Part shown: positions 45,157-59,906 of the stretch, in pieces | How positions within the stretch are numbered: position 1 is the first letter of the stretch | Layout: each line of letters opens with the position of its first letter | NCBI GenBank assembly: GCA_021732605.1 | Contig: JAKFUS010000029.1 | Span: 25,300 to 89,299 of the forward strand | Length of the DNA: 64,000 nt | Reading direction: 5' to 3' | Source of the DNA: Betaproteobacteria bacterium | GTDB lineage: Bacteria; Pseudomonadota; Gammaproteobacteria; Burkholderiales; SG8-41 | Notes under the pieces: model-generated | Told to the model about the DNA's origin: nothing | The model's input: the letters and a program-made list of their open reading frames with translations, nothing else | Database searches by the model: none | Position numbers and translations under genes: made by a program

Positions 45157-46899
45157 TTACATTTTTTCAGGGGCACCGACACCCAGCAGGGCGAGACCGT
45201 TGCGCAGCACCTGCCGCACCGCCAGCGCCAGCGCCAGTCGGGCGCGCGTGAGGTCAGCGTCTTCGACCAGAAAACGCTCGGCGTTGTAATAACTGTGGAA
45301 TTCCCCGGCCAGATCCTTCAGGTAGAACGCCACCATGTGCGGCGCCAGTTCGCGCGCGGCGCTTTCGATGATGTCCGGATACTCCATCAGGTTTTTCAGC
45401 AATCCGGCTTCGTGCACAGAGGCCAGTGGTGCCAGGTCGGCGTCGTGCAGGGTCGCGGCATCACCACCCCATTGTTCCAGCACGCTGCAGACGCGGGCAT
45501 GCGCGTACTGAATGTAATACACCGGGTTGTCGTTGCTCTGCGCCTTGGCGAGGTCTAGGTCGAAATCAAGATGCTGGTCGCTTTTGCGCAGCACATAGAA
45601 AAAACGCGCGGCGTCGTTTCCGACTTCATGGCGCAGTTCGCGCAGCGTGACGAATTCGCCCGAGCGCGTCGACATTGAAACTTTCTGGCCGTCGCGGTAG
45701 AGCACGGCGAACTGCACCAGTGCCACATTCAGCCGTGTCGGTTCCAGGCCCAGCGCCTGCAATGCGCCTTTGACGCGCGGAATATAGCCGTGGTGGTCGG
45801 CACCCCAGACGTCGATGACCACGTCGAAGCCGCGGGCGAATTTTTCCAGGTGATAAGCGATGTCGCTGGCGAAATAGGTGTATTGGCCGTTTTCCCGCTG
45901 CACCACACGGTCTTTTTCGTCACCGAAATCTGTGGAGCGAAACCACTGTGCGCCATCCTTGAGATAGAGATGCCCGCGCTGCGCCAGTTCACGCACCGCG
46001 CGCTCAACCTGGCCGGAGGTGTACAGCGAACGTTCGGAGAACCACTGGTCGAAGGTGACGCCGAATTCTTCCAGGTCGTTTTTGCAGTCGGCCAACTGCT
46101 GTTGCAGCGCATGACGGTGCACGCGTTCATAGTCTGCGCCAAGCAGGGCTTTGGCGTTGCTGATCAGGTCATCGAGGTGTTTTTCCGCATCGGTGGCGAC
46201 ATCGACTGCGCCGGCTGCGGCTTCAGTCCAGTGTTTGAGATAACGCGCGCCATCAGCTCTAAGTAATTCCGCCCCCATCGCGCGCACATAGTCGCCCTGA
46301 TAGGCATTCGGTGGAAAACTGACGGTTTCACCGCTCAGCTCCAGATAACGCAGCCAGGTCGACAGCGCCAGGATGTCCATCTGCCGGCCGGCGTCGTTGA
46401 CATAATATTCGCGCGAAACATCAAATCCCGCGGCGGTGAGTATGGTGGCGACGCTGGCGCCATAAGCCGCTCCGCGGCCGTGGCCAACATGTAGCGGCCC
46501 GGTGGGATTGGCTGAGACAAATTCGATCTGGGTCTTTTTGCGCTGGCCCAAAATACTGGTGCCGTAGTTTTCACCAGCATTGAGCACGCGGCCGACCACC
46601 TGCTGTTTGTACGATTGAGTCAGAAACAGGTTGATGAATCCTGCGCCGGCGATTTCGGCTTTTTCCAGGTCCGGCGATGCCGGGAGTGCTGCGACCAGTT
46701 GCTGTGCGATGGCGCGTGGGTTTCCACGCAACTCTTTCGCCAATTGCAACGCGATGTTGCAGGAGAAGTCGCCGTGCTGCGCCAGTTTGGGGCGATCCAA
46801 CACGATGCCGGCACTGGTGCCTGCGGGCACCACCTGTGCCAATGCCTGCTGCAGCAGACCAGCGAGCAGCGTTCTGGCGTCGGTGTGAGTAGGGGTCAT
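45157..46899 (-). CDS. argS: Arginine--tRNA ligase
   Basis: 580 aa with the HIGH-type motif SANPTGPLHVGHGRG. Confidence 0.96.
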   Translation of the reverse strand: MTPTHTDARTLLAGLLQQALAQVVPAGTSAGIVLDRPKLAQHGDFSCNIALQLAKELRGNPRAIAQQLVAALPASPDLEKAEIAGAGFINLFLTQSYKQQVVGRVLNAGENYGTSILGQRKKTQIEFVSANPTGPLHVGHGRGAAYGASVATILTAAGFDVSREYYVNDAGRQMDILALSTWLRYLELSGETVSFPPNAYQGDYVRAMGAELLRADGARYLKHWTEAAAGAVDVATDAEKHLDDLISNAKALLGADYERVHRHALQQQLADCKNDLEEFGVTFDQWFSERSLYTSGQVERAVRELAQRGHLYLKDGAQWFRSTDFGDEKDRVVQRENGQYTYFASDIAYHLEKFARGFDVVIDVWGADHHGYIPRVKGALQALGLEPTRLNVALVQFAVLYRDGQKVSMSTRSGEFVTLRELRHEVGNDAARFFYVLRKSDQHLDFDLDLAKAQSNDNPVYYIQYAHARVCSVLEQWGGDAATLHDADLAPLASVHEAGLLKNLMEYPDIIESAARELAPHMVAFYLKDLAGEFHSYYNAERFLVEDADLTRARLALALAVRQVLRNGLALLGVGAPEKM

Positions 46900-47031
46900 T
46901 TCAGGATGGCGTTATTGCGCAAAGCAACAGGTGCCGGAGCACTGTCAGGCGATGCGTCACGTCGGGTTTTGTCTGCGAAAAAGTGCCGAATTCTAACATG
47001 GCGCATCTCTCCGGTGACCTTCTTCCATGAC

Positions 47032-49209
47032 TCAGAACTCCGCTGGATCCACTTCCAGCGACCAGCGAGCCGCAGTGCTGGCAGTCTCTGCCAGATACGG
47101 ACGCCAGGCGTTGAGGAATGTGCGCAAATCGGCGCGCGAAGACGACTGCACCAGCAGGTGCGCGCGTTCGCGCCCGGACTTGCGCATCATGTTGGCGGGC
47201 ACCGGATCGTAAACCGTTACCGCCGGTTTGAGGTGGCGGGCACTGAGCGCGGCCTGTTCGAGGAACTGCAAGGCAACGCCTACGGTGCGCGCTTCGGCGC
47301 GCAGCAGCACTTGATGCACATAGGGCGGGAACCCCGCCTGTTGCCGTTCTGCCAACAGGCTGCGCGCATAGGCGTCGAAATCCTGGTCACGCAGCGCTGC
47401 ATACAGTGGATGTTCGGCAAACTCGGTCTGTATCAGTACTTCGCCCTGCTGGTCGCCACGGCCGGCGCGTCCCGCGACCTGGGTCAGCAGGGCGTACAGC
47501 CGCTCTGCCGCGCGAAAATCGTTGCTGTAGAGCATGCCGTCGGCGTTGACCACGCCGACCAGATTCAAGTGCGGGAAATCATGGCCCTTGGCGAGTATTT
47601 GCGTGCCAACGAGGATGTCAACCGTGCGTTCACGAATGCGGCTGCGCATGGCCTGCCAGGCGTCCTTGCGCCTTGTGGTGTCGCGGTCAACGCGCAGGAT
47701 GCGGGCTTTTGGAAATTGTTTCGCCAGTGCAGCTTCAATGCGCTGCGTGCCCTGCCCGACCGGTGACAGATCGGCGTCGCCGCATTCGGGGCAGGCGCTG
47801 GGCACGGCGCCGTCATGGCCGCAGTGGTGACAGCGCAGCCGACGATCACGCAAATGCACCACCAGTTTGGCCGAGCAGCGTTTGCAATCGGACATCCAGC
47901 CGCAACTGCCGCACATCAGCACGGGAGCGTAACCGCGGCGGTTGATGAACACCATGCTTTGTTCGCCACGATCAATCCGCTTGCCGATGGCCGTGATCAG
48001 CCGGGCGGACAAGCCGTCCGTGGTTTTTTCATGGCGCAGATCGACGCATGAAATCACCGGTGGCCGGGCATTGATTCGCTCCGGCAAATTCAGCAACTGG
48101 TATCGGTGGTCAACGGCATTGCGCCAGGTTTCCAGCGCCGGCGTGGCCGAACCGAGCACCACCGGCACGCCGGTGTGTCGGGCGCGGACCACGGCCAGAT
48201 CCCGTGCCGAATAACGAAAACCTTCGCCCTGTTTGAACGAGGTGTCATGTTCTTCATCGACGATGATCAGGCCGAGATCGGGTAGTGGTGTAAAAACCGA
48301 CAGCCGTGTGCCGAGCACGATGCGTACGCGGCCGTTGCGCGCAGCCTGCCAGCGTGTGTTGCGTTCGCCATCAGCCAAGCTGCTGTGCAGTGTGGCGACC
48401 GGAATGCCGGGAAACCGCGCAATGACCAATGATTCCAGTTGCGGCGTCAGCGCAATTTCCGGCACCAGCAGCAGCACCTGGCTGCCGCGGCTGAGTGCTA
48501 CGGCGATGGCATGCAGGTAAACCTCGGTTTTGCCGCTGCTGGTGATGCCCCACAGCAGGATCGGCTGATAGCTTCCCAGTGCCGCCGCGATGGCCTTGGC
48601 CGCAGCGCTTTGATCCGCAGTCAGTGTGGGCCCAGTAGACGGTGCCGGCAGGGTCATCGGCGCTTCCTGTGGCCGCGCACAGGTTTGCACCCAGCCCTGC
48701 GCGATGAAGGCCAGCAGTGCCTTGCGTGTTGCAGCGCCCAGCGCGGAGATGTCGCTGTGGTCAATCACAGGCCGGCTTTGCAGTAACGCCAGCAGGTCGC
48801 GTTGCGCGCGCGCGCGTGGCGACAATGTGGTCACATCCAGTGCCGTACCTGTCGCAGTCAGCGCATAAGCCGCCGGTGTTTCTTCGCGGCTGCGCACGCG
48901 GCGCAGCGCGGCCGGGAGAGTGGCCATGATCACGGCACCCAGCGGATGTACATAATAATCGGCGGCGAATTCGAGCAGGCGCAGGTCGGCGCGGCCCAGC
49001 AGCGGCTCCGCATCCAGTACTGAAATGGCGCGTTTGAGTTTTGTTTCCGCTACTTCGCTGGTATCCGGTCTGGCGACGATGATGCCGATCAGTTTCTGTC
49101 GCCCGAACGGCACCAGCACCCGCGCGCCGATCTGCGCTGTGCGGTCATCGCAGCGGTAATCGAACAGGCGCGCTACCGGTACATCAAGCGCAACACGGAT
49201 CAGGCTCAT
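47032..49209 (-). CDS. priA: Primosomal replication-restart helicase PriA
   Basis: 725 aa: GITSSGKTEVY, the DEEHD box, and a Cys-rich zinc region C..C...C..C...C..C. Confidence 0.95.
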   Translation of the reverse strand: MSLIRVALDVPVARLFDYRCDDRTAQIGARVLVPFGRQKLIGIIVARPDTSEVAETKLKRAISVLDAEPLLGRADLRLLEFAADYYVHPLGAVIMATLPAALRRVRSREETPAAYALTATGTALDVTTLSPRARAQRDLLALLQSRPVIDHSDISALGAATRKALLAFIAQGWVQTCARPQEAPMTLPAPSTGPTLTADQSAAAKAIAAALGSYQPILLWGITSSGKTEVYLHAIAVALSRGSQVLLLVPEIALTPQLESLVIARFPGIPVATLHSSLADGERNTRWQAARNGRVRIVLGTRLSVFTPLPDLGLIIVDEEHDTSFKQGEGFRYSARDLAVVRARHTGVPVVLGSATPALETWRNAVDHRYQLLNLPERINARPPVISCVDLRHEKTTDGLSARLITAIGKRIDRGEQSMVFINRRGYAPVLMCGSCGWMSDCKRCSAKLVVHLRDRRLRCHHCGHDGAVPSACPECGDADLSPVGQGTQRIEAALAKQFPKARILRVDRDTTRRKDAWQAMRSRIRERTVDILVGTQILAKGHDFPHLNLVGVVNADGMLYSNDFRAAERLYALLTQVAGRAGRGDQQGEVLIQTEFAEHPLYAALRDQDFDAYARSLLAERQQAGFPPYVHQVLLRAEARTVGVALQFLEQAALSARHLKPAVTVYDPVPANMMRKSGRERAHLLVQSSSRADLRTFLNAWRPYLAETASTAARWSLEVDPAEF

Positions 49210-49312
49210 CGCGGGATTGAAGGGGCGAAAAAAGTTAGCGCGTGAACTTAAGCAGAATTATCGGAAAGGCCGCCAACTTGTGTACCTGCAAGAGTTTTTC
49301 AGGAATCGGGCT

Positions 49313-49321
49313 TGTGGATAA
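49313..49321 (-). promoter_or_regulatory. Perfect consensus DnaA box (TTATCCACA on the minus strand) about 100 nt upstream of priA
   Basis: The plus strand reads TGTGGATAA. A second, 8/9 box TGTGCATAA lies at 49492..49500. Both are followed by GCTT. Confidence 0.45.
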
Positions 49322-49414
49322 GCTTGTTGATCAAATCGGTCTGGGCGGAATTTTTATTTGATCCTGTGACCTTGCCACGCTGCAGTGACAGCCGCAACCT
49401 TATAAAAATATCAA

Positions 49415-49434
49415 TAAAATCAAATACTTATATC
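49415..49434 (+). repeat. AT-rich motif copy 2 (TAAAATCAAATACTTATATC) in the hemE-priA spacer
   Basis: See copies 1 and 3. It lies in the most AT-rich stretch of the spacer: ccttataaaaatatcaataaaatcaaatacttatatc. Confidence 0.6.
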
Positions 49435-49529
49435 ATTTCGCTGGTGGTGGAGCTCAGTACGGGTTGTGGCCATGACCCGCTAACTCCTTGCTGTGCATAA
49501 GCTTTTTGGACTTATGCCGGTTGCGGGGT

Positions 49530-50585
49530 TCAGTGGTACTGGCGGCTCAACTCATGCACGGCATCGACCAGCGCGGCCACATGCTCCGGTGGGGTGAACT
49601 GCGAAATGCCATGTCCGAGGTTGAAGACATGTCCGTGTCCCGTGCCGAACTGGCGCAGCACCGCGTCGACCTGCGTGCTGATGGCGGCAGGGTTGCTGAA
49701 CAACACCATCGGATCGAGATTGCCCTGCAACGCGACTTGGTTGCCGATGCGGCGGCGGGCGGCGCCGAGATTGACGGTCCAGTCGAGGCCCACGGCATTG
49801 CAGCCGATGGCCGCGATGTCTTCCAGCCACAGGCCGCCGCCCTTGGTGAAGACGATGTTGGGAATGATTTGTCCGTCCCACTCGCGATGGATGCCGGCAA
49901 TCACGCGGCGCAGGTATTCCAGCGAGAATTCGCGGTAGGCAGCATCGGACAGCGAACCGCCCCAGGTGTCGAATACCATGACGGCTTGTGCGCCGGCTTC
50001 GATCTGCGCGTTCAGGTAGGCAATCACCGCGCGGGCGTTGATGTCGAGCACGTGGTGCAGCAGATCGGGCCGGGTGTAGAGCATGCTTTTGATGGTGCGG
50101 AAATCATCGCTGCCGCCGCCTTCGATCATGTAACAGGCGAGGGTGTACGGGCTGCCGGAAAATCCGATCAGCGGTACCGAGTTGTCCAGCGCGCGGCGAA
50201 TCTGTTTCACCGCATCCAGCACGTAACCCAGGTGTTCGCCGGGATCGGGCACAGCCAGTTTGCGGATTGCCGTTTCATCGCGTAACGGCCGCTCGAATTT
50301 CGGGCCTTCGCCTTCGGCGAAATACAGGCCCAGACCCATCGCATCGGGCACGGTCAGGATGTCGGAAAACAGGATGGCCGCATCCAGTTTGAATCGCGCC
50401 AGCGGCTGCAGCGTCACTTCAGTGGCGTGGTCGGGATTTTTGGCCAGCGCGAGAAAACTGCCGGCGCGTTTGCGCGTGGCGTTGTATTCCGGCAGGTAAC
50501 GCCCGGCCTGGCGCATGACCCAGACAGGGGTATACGGCGTCGGTTGCCGCAGCAGCGCGCGGATCAGGGTGTCGTTTTTTAACAT
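49530..50585 (-). CDS. hemE: Uroporphyrinogen decarboxylase
   Basis: 351 aa: [24 protein letters not shown]. Confidence 0.96.
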   Translation of the reverse strand: MLKNDTLIRALLRQPTPYTPVWVMRQAGRYLPEYNATRKRAGSFLALAKNPDHATEVTLQPLARFKLDAAILFSDILTVPDAMGLGLYFAEGEGPKFERPLRDETAIRKLAVPDPGEHLGYVLDAVKQIRRALDNSVPLIGFSGSPYTLACYMIEGGGSDDFRTIKSMLYTRPDLLHHVLDINARAVIAYLNAQIEAGAQAVMVFDTWGGSLSDAAYREFSLEYLRRVIAGIHREWDGQIIPNIVFTKGGGLWLEDIAAIGCNAVGLDWTVNLGAARRRIGNQVALQGNLDPMVLFSNPAAISTQVDAVLRQFGTGHGHVFNLGHGISQFTPPEHVAALVDAVHELSRQYH

Positions 50586-50586
50586 C

Positions 50587-50666
50587 AGGATTGAGCCGTT
50601 AGGATTGAGGATTGAGGATAAAGCGGATTCGTCACCGCGGACGACTCAATCCTCATTCCCCAATCC
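50587..50666. repeat. GGATTGA heptamer repeats and a perfect 10-bp inverted repeat in the gltD-hemE spacer
   Basis: GGATTGA occurs at 50588, 50602 and 50609. GAGGATTGAG (50607..50616) pairs with CTCAATCCTC (50645..50654) across a 28-nt loop. An extra CCAATCC lies at 50660. Confidence 0.65.
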
Positions 50667-50672
50667 GGATTT

Positions 50673-52094
50673 TCAACGCGGCAGTTCCGTCGACCCCATC
50701 AAAAACTCATCAACCGATCGCGCACACTGACGGCCTTCGCGAATCGCCCACACAATCAGAGACTGCCCGCGGCGCATGTCGCCGGCGGTGAACACCTTGC
50801 CAACGGAAGTCTGGTATTTGTCGGTGTCTGCCTTGACGTTGCCGCGGCTATCCTTGGCCACGCCCAGTTGCTCAAGTAACCCGCCCTGGACCGGCCCAGT
50901 GAAGCCCATCGCCAGCAGCACCAGATCAGCCTTGATGGTGAATTCAGATCCCGCCACTTCGCGCATCTGCCCGTCTTTCCATTCCACCCGCGCGGCCACC
51001 AGTTTCTCGACCTTGCCGTTTTTGCCTTCGAAACGTTTGGTCGCTACAGCCCAGTCGCGCTGGCAGCCTTCTTCGTGCGAGCTTGAGGTGCGCAGCTTCA
51101 CCGGCCAGTATGGCCAGACCATGGGTTTGTTTTCCTGCTCCGGCGGCTGCGGCAGCAGTTCGAACTGCATGACGGACGCAGCACCGTGCCTGTTCGATGT
51201 GCCGACACAGTCGGAGCCGGTATCACCGCCGCCGATCACCACCACGTGTTTGCCGGTGGCCTTGAGTTGTCCTGCGATCTTGTCGCCGGCAACCACTTTG
51301 TTTTGCTGTGGCAGGAATTCCATCGCGTAATGCACGCCGGCGAGGTCGCGGCCGGGCACCGGCAGGTCGCGTGGTTTTTCCGCACCACCGGCCATCACCA
51401 CGGCGTCGAATTCATCGACCAGCTTTTTGGCCGGGACTGCACCGCCGATATCCTGATTGACACGAAACTCGACGCCTTCAGCACGCATCTGCGACATGCG
51501 ACGGTCGATCAGGTGTTTTTCCATTTTGAAATCGGGGATGCCGTAACGCAAAAGGCCACCGATGCGGTCTGCTTTTTCAAACACCACGACATCGTGCCCG
51601 ACTCGCGCCAGTTGTTGTGCGGCTGCGAGTCCGGCGGGACCGGAACCGATCACCGCGACACGCTTGCCGGTTTTTTTGGCGGGCGGCTGTGGCACTACCC
51701 ATCCCGATTCCCAGCCCTTGTCGATAATGGCGTGTTCAATGGATTTGATGCCGACCGGCGCGCTGTTGATGTTCAGCGTGCAGGCGGCCTCGCAGGGCGC
51801 CGGGCAGACGCGGCCGGTGAATTCGGGGAAATTATTGGTCGAGTGCAGGGTGTCCAGCGCCTGTTGCCAGTCCTGCTTGAACACCAGGTCATTCCAGTCC
51901 GGGATGATGTTGTTGACCGGGCAGCCGCTCATGCAAAACGGCGTGCCGCAATCCATGCAGCGCGCGCCCTGGATGCCGGCGGCCTCGCTGGTCAGCGGGT
52001 GTATGAATTCGCGCCAGTGCTTGAGCCGTTCCTGCGGCTGATCCGCAGCTTCATGCAGCCGTTCGAATTCCAGAAATCCGGTTACTTTTCCCAT
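50673..52094 (-). CDS. gltD: Glutamate synthase small subunit
   Basis: The track ORF 50673..52133 was trimmed to the ATG at 52094 ([13 protein letters not shown]...). Motifs: C..C..C cluster and [17 protein letters not shown]. Confidence 0.94.
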   Translation of the reverse strand: MGKVTGFLEFERLHEAADQPQERLKHWREFIHPLTSEAAGIQGARCMDCGTPFCMSGCPVNNIIPDWNDLVFKQDWQQALDTLHSTNNFPEFTGRVCPAPCEAACTLNINSAPVGIKSIEHAIIDKGWESGWVVPQPPAKKTGKRVAVIGSGPAGLAAAQQLARVGHDVVVFEKADRIGGLLRYGIPDFKMEKHLIDRRMSQMRAEGVEFRVNQDIGGAVPAKKLVDEFDAVVMAGGAEKPRDLPVPGRDLAGVHYAMEFLPQQNKVVAGDKIAGQLKATGKHVVVIGGGDTGSDCVGTSNRHGAASVMQFELLPQPPEQENKPMVWPYWPVKLRTSSSHEEGCQRDWAVATKRFEGKNGKVEKLVAARVEWKDGQMREVAGSEFTIKADLVLLAMGFTGPVQGGLLEQLGVAKDSRGNVKADTDKYQTSVGKVFTAGDMRRGQSLIVWAIREGRQCARSVDEFLMGSTELPR

Positions 52095-52172
52095 GACTGT
52101 CCAACCCCTGAAACATAACGCCCGTGAGGGCAAAAAAATTAATTCCTGCGCAGTGTCGCCCGTCTATGCTGA

Positions 52173-56831
<4,659 letters not shown>

Positions 56832-56999
56832 CAAGAGCCTCGTCAAAACATGTTTATAATCAATAATTTACATACTATTTTGCTGCGCCGCCACAAATCT
56901 TGGCGATCCACACGCGAAAAACCGGGTGAAACCGGATAAGTCTACCTGCATCAAGGGGTTGCTTCAACCGCCGCCGCGGGCCAAACCCACTAAAAAAAC

Positions 57000-58127
57000 T
57001 CAGCTGATGTCGATAGAAAACAGACGCCGATGTTCGACGATGGCGTAGCGGTCGGTCATGCCGGCAATATAGTCGGCGATGGCGCGTGGCGTGTCGGCTT
57101 GCGCGCGCGCCTGGAATTCCGGGGGCAGCAATCCGGGCTCATTCATAAATGCCTGAAATAAATCGGAAATTATCCGCCGTGCCTTGCTGCTCATGCGCGA
57201 TACGCGGTAATGCCGGTAAAGATTGCTGTGCAGGAAACGTTTGAGCTCGGCCTGCTCGTCGCGGATGCGATCGGAAAAACGGATCAAGGCCGGGGCGCGC
57301 CGGATATCGGCGATGGACTCCGGTGCAAGGTCACGGATGCTGGCAGCGCTTTGGCGGTTCAGATCGGTGATCAGGGTATCGATCATGCGGCGCACGGTTT
57401 CATGCACCTGGCGGCGGCCCTCGATTTTCGGAAATTCGCGCAGCACCGCGCGCTGGTGGCGGCGGAAAATGGCGACGGTGGACAACTGCTCCAAGTCCAG
57501 CAGTCCGGAGCGCAGGCCGTCGTCGATATCGTGATTGTTATAGGCAATCTCGTCGGCCAGATTGGCGATCTGCGCCTCGAGGCCGGGACGCTGGCGCTTG
57601 ATGAAGCGTTCACCGATATCGCCGAGGTTGCGTGCGTTGTTCAATGAGCAGTGTTTGAGTATGCCTTCGCGGGTTTCAAACGTCAGATTGAGGCCGTCAA
57701 AAGCGCCGTACCGCTGTTCGAGCACATCGACCACGCGCAGCGATTGCAGGTTGTGCTCGAATCCGCCGTAGGGCTTCATGCAGGCGTTCAACGCATCCTG
57801 TCCGGCATGACCGAAGGGCGTATGCCCCAGGTCATGCGCCAGCGTGATGGCCTCGGTCAGGTCTTCGTCGAGACGCAGATGGCGCGCCACCGAACGGCCG
57901 ATCTGCGCGACTTCAAGGCTGTGCGTGAGGCGGGTACGGAACAGGTCACCTTCGTGATTGACGAAGACCTGTGTTTTGTATTCGAGGCGGCGGAACGCGG
58001 TGGAGTGGATGATGCGGTCACGGTCGCGCTGATACTCCGAACGACCGCGCGGTGCGGGTTCACGAAACTGCCGGCCGCGAGAATTGGCCGGGCCTGCGGC
58101 GTAGGGCACTTTGTCATCAGCCATCAA
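57000..58127 (-). CDS. dgt: Deoxyguanosinetriphosphate triphosphohydrolase-like HD-domain protein
   Basis: 375 aa: [24 protein letters not shown]...[13 protein letters not shown]...[10 protein letters not shown]. Confidence 0.9.
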   Translation of the reverse strand: MMADDKVPYAAGPANSRGRQFREPAPRGRSEYQRDRDRIIHSTAFRRLEYKTQVFVNHEGDLFRTRLTHSLEVAQIGRSVARHLRLDEDLTEAITLAHDLGHTPFGHAGQDALNACMKPYGGFEHNLQSLRVVDVLEQRYGAFDGLNLTFETREGILKHCSLNNARNLGDIGERFIKRQRPGLEAQIANLADEIAYNNHDIDDGLRSGLLDLEQLSTVAIFRRHQRAVLREFPKIEGRRQVHETVRRMIDTLITDLNRQSAASIRDLAPESIADIRRAPALIRFSDRIRDEQAELKRFLHSNLYRHYRVSRMSSKARRIISDLFQAFMNEPGLLPPEFQARAQADTPRAIADYIAGMTDRYAIVEHRRLFSIDIS

Positions 58128-59223
58128 CGCCCTCCCCGCTCAGCACCGCATTCAGGACATCGCGCGGAACGGCATCGCTGATGAATGCATCACCGATGCT
58201 TCGCAGCAATATGAAGCGTATTTTGCCGCCTTCGACTTTTTTGTCGTGGCCCATCAATTCCAGGTAGCGATCCACGCCCAGCGCCGGCCCCAGCACCGGC
58301 AGACGCGCGCGGCGCAGCAGCCGGATAGTGCGTTCGACACCCTGCGTATCCACCAGCCCCATTTTCTGTGACACCCGGGCTGCGATCACCATGCCGGCGG
58401 CGACGGCTTCGCCATGCAGCCATTTGCCGTAACCGAGGCCGGACTCGATGGCGTGGCCGAAGGTGTGGCCGAAATTCAGCATGGCGCGAACGCCTTCCTC
58501 GCGCTCATCGTTGGTGACTACGACGGCTTTGTTGCTGCAGGCGACTTCGATGGCATGAGTCAGCGCGGCGGGATCGCGCGCCACGAGGCGATCCATGTTG
58601 GCTTCCAGCCAGGTGAAGAACTTGGTGTCGCCGATCAGTCCGTATTTGACGACTTCGGCAATGCCGGCCGAGAGTTCGCGATCGGGCAGGGTTTTCAGCG
58701 TGTCGGTATCGGCGATGACAACGCGGGGCTGGTAAAACGCACCGATCATGTTTTTGCCGAGAGGATGGTTGATCGCAGTCTTGCCGCCGACTGAAGAATC
58801 AACTTGGGCTAGCAGGGTGGTCGGAATCTGGATGAACGGCGCGCCGCGCTGAAAGACCGCTGCGGCAAAGCCGGTGAGATCACCAATGACGCCGCCACCC
58901 AGTGCAATCAGCGTGGTCTTGCGCTCCGCACGGTGGGTCAGCAAGGCATCAAACACTTCGTTCAGTGTGCGCCAGTCTTTGTGTGCTTCGCCGTCGGGCA
59001 GCACGATGGATTGCACCGCAATTTGCTGTTGCGCCAGGCTCGATTGCAACGCCTGCAGGTATAACGGGGCAACCACGGTATTGGTCACGATCACGGCTTT
59101 GCGCTGGGGCAGGTGCTGTGCGATCAATTCCCCGCGCGCCAGCAAACCCGGACCAATGTGTATCGGGTAGCTGCGGTCGGCAAGGTTGACGGTCAGTGAC
59201 GTCAAGGGATGTTGTGCGGGCAT
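58117..59223 (-). CDS. aroB: 3-dehydroquinate synthase
   Basis: 368 aa: ...[15 protein letters not shown]...GHTFGHAIE. Overlaps the dgt start by 11 nt. Confidence 0.95.
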   Translation of the reverse strand: MPAQHPLTSLTVNLADRSYPIHIGPGLLARGELIAQHLPQRKAVIVTNTVVAPLYLQALQSSLAQQQIAVQSIVLPDGEAHKDWRTLNEVFDALLTHRAERKTTLIALGGGVIGDLTGFAAAVFQRGAPFIQIPTTLLAQVDSSVGGKTAINHPLGKNMIGAFYQPRVVIADTDTLKTLPDRELSAGIAEVVKYGLIGDTKFFTWLEANMDRLVARDPAALTHAIEVACSNKAVVVTNDEREEGVRAMLNFGHTFGHAIESGLGYGKWLHGEAVAAGMVIAARVSQKMGLVDTQGVERTIRLLRRARLPVLGPALGVDRYLELMGHDKKVEGGKIRFILLRSIGDAFISDAVPRDVLNAVLSGEGVDG

Positions 59224-59235
59224 GTCTTGAAATCC

Positions 59236-59811
59236 TCAGTCTTGATTCTGACCAGCACCCTGTTCCAGACCGCTGAGCAGTTGCTGGATATGTGTAGTCA
59301 GGTTACCCACACTCTGCGCACCCGTGTCGACCACCAGATCTGCGACATCCGAGTACAAAGGGTCACGCTGGGCGTGTAATTCCTTCAGCTTGGCCAGCGG
59401 ATTGGCTGTTTGCAGCAAAGGCCTGTTTCGATCACGCCGGGTGCGCCGCCACAGGTCTTCCGGCGTGGCGCGCAGGTAAATGACGCGCCCGTGCTCCTTC
59501 AGGCGGGCACGGGTTGCCGGCGACAATATTGCGCCGCCGCCGGTCGCCAGCACGATGTCGCGCAGGGCAGTAAGCCGTTCGATCACCTTTTCTTCGCGGA
59601 CGCGGAATCCCGATTCACCCTCGATGTCGAAAATCACCGGGATTTTGACTCCGGTGGCGCGCTCGATTTCAGCATCAGCATCGTAGAAATCCCTGTTCAG
59701 CCGTTTGGCGAGCATGCGGCCGACGGAGGTTTTTCCGGCACCCATCAGACCCACCAGAAATATGTTCTGCGGGAAAGCGGCGGGAAGTTGAGTGCTGTGT
59801 TGCTCGGACAT
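59236..59811 (-). CDS. aroK: Shikimate kinase
   Basis: 191 aa with P-loop IFLVGLMGAGKTSVGR. Confidence 0.93.
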   Translation of the reverse strand: MSEQHSTQLPAAFPQNIFLVGLMGAGKTSVGRMLAKRLNRDFYDADAEIERATGVKIPVIFDIEGESGFRVREEKVIERLTALRDIVLATGGGAILSPATRARLKEHGRVIYLRATPEDLWRRTRRDRNRPLLQTANPLAKLKELHAQRDPLYSDVADLVVDTGAQSVGNLTTHIQQLLSGLEQGAGQNQD

Positions 59812-59859
59812 GGTGTGATTCTAGCAAGCGTGGACTCGAACAAATCGGTCTCGCCAAAC

Positions 59860-59891
59860 AAAAGGGGCGGCGCCGTGGCGCCGCCCCTTTT
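59860..59891 (-). terminator. Rho-independent terminator after pilQ (GC-rich hairpin with A/T tracts on both sides)
   Basis: AAAAGGGGCGGCGCC-gt-GGCGCCGCCCCTTTT. On the minus strand the hairpin is followed by TTTTGTTTGG. It starts 16 nt after the pilQ stop. Confidence 0.85.
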
Positions 59892-59906
59892 CTGGGTTAC
59901 TGCAGA

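Noticed and set aside
49312-49500. 62-aa ORF in the hemE-priA spacer
   Set aside because: It has no SD. It runs through the AT-rich and DnaA-box region with low-complexity, Leu/Ile/Ser-rich sequence and shows no similarity that I recognise. It is more likely non-coding regulatory DNA.
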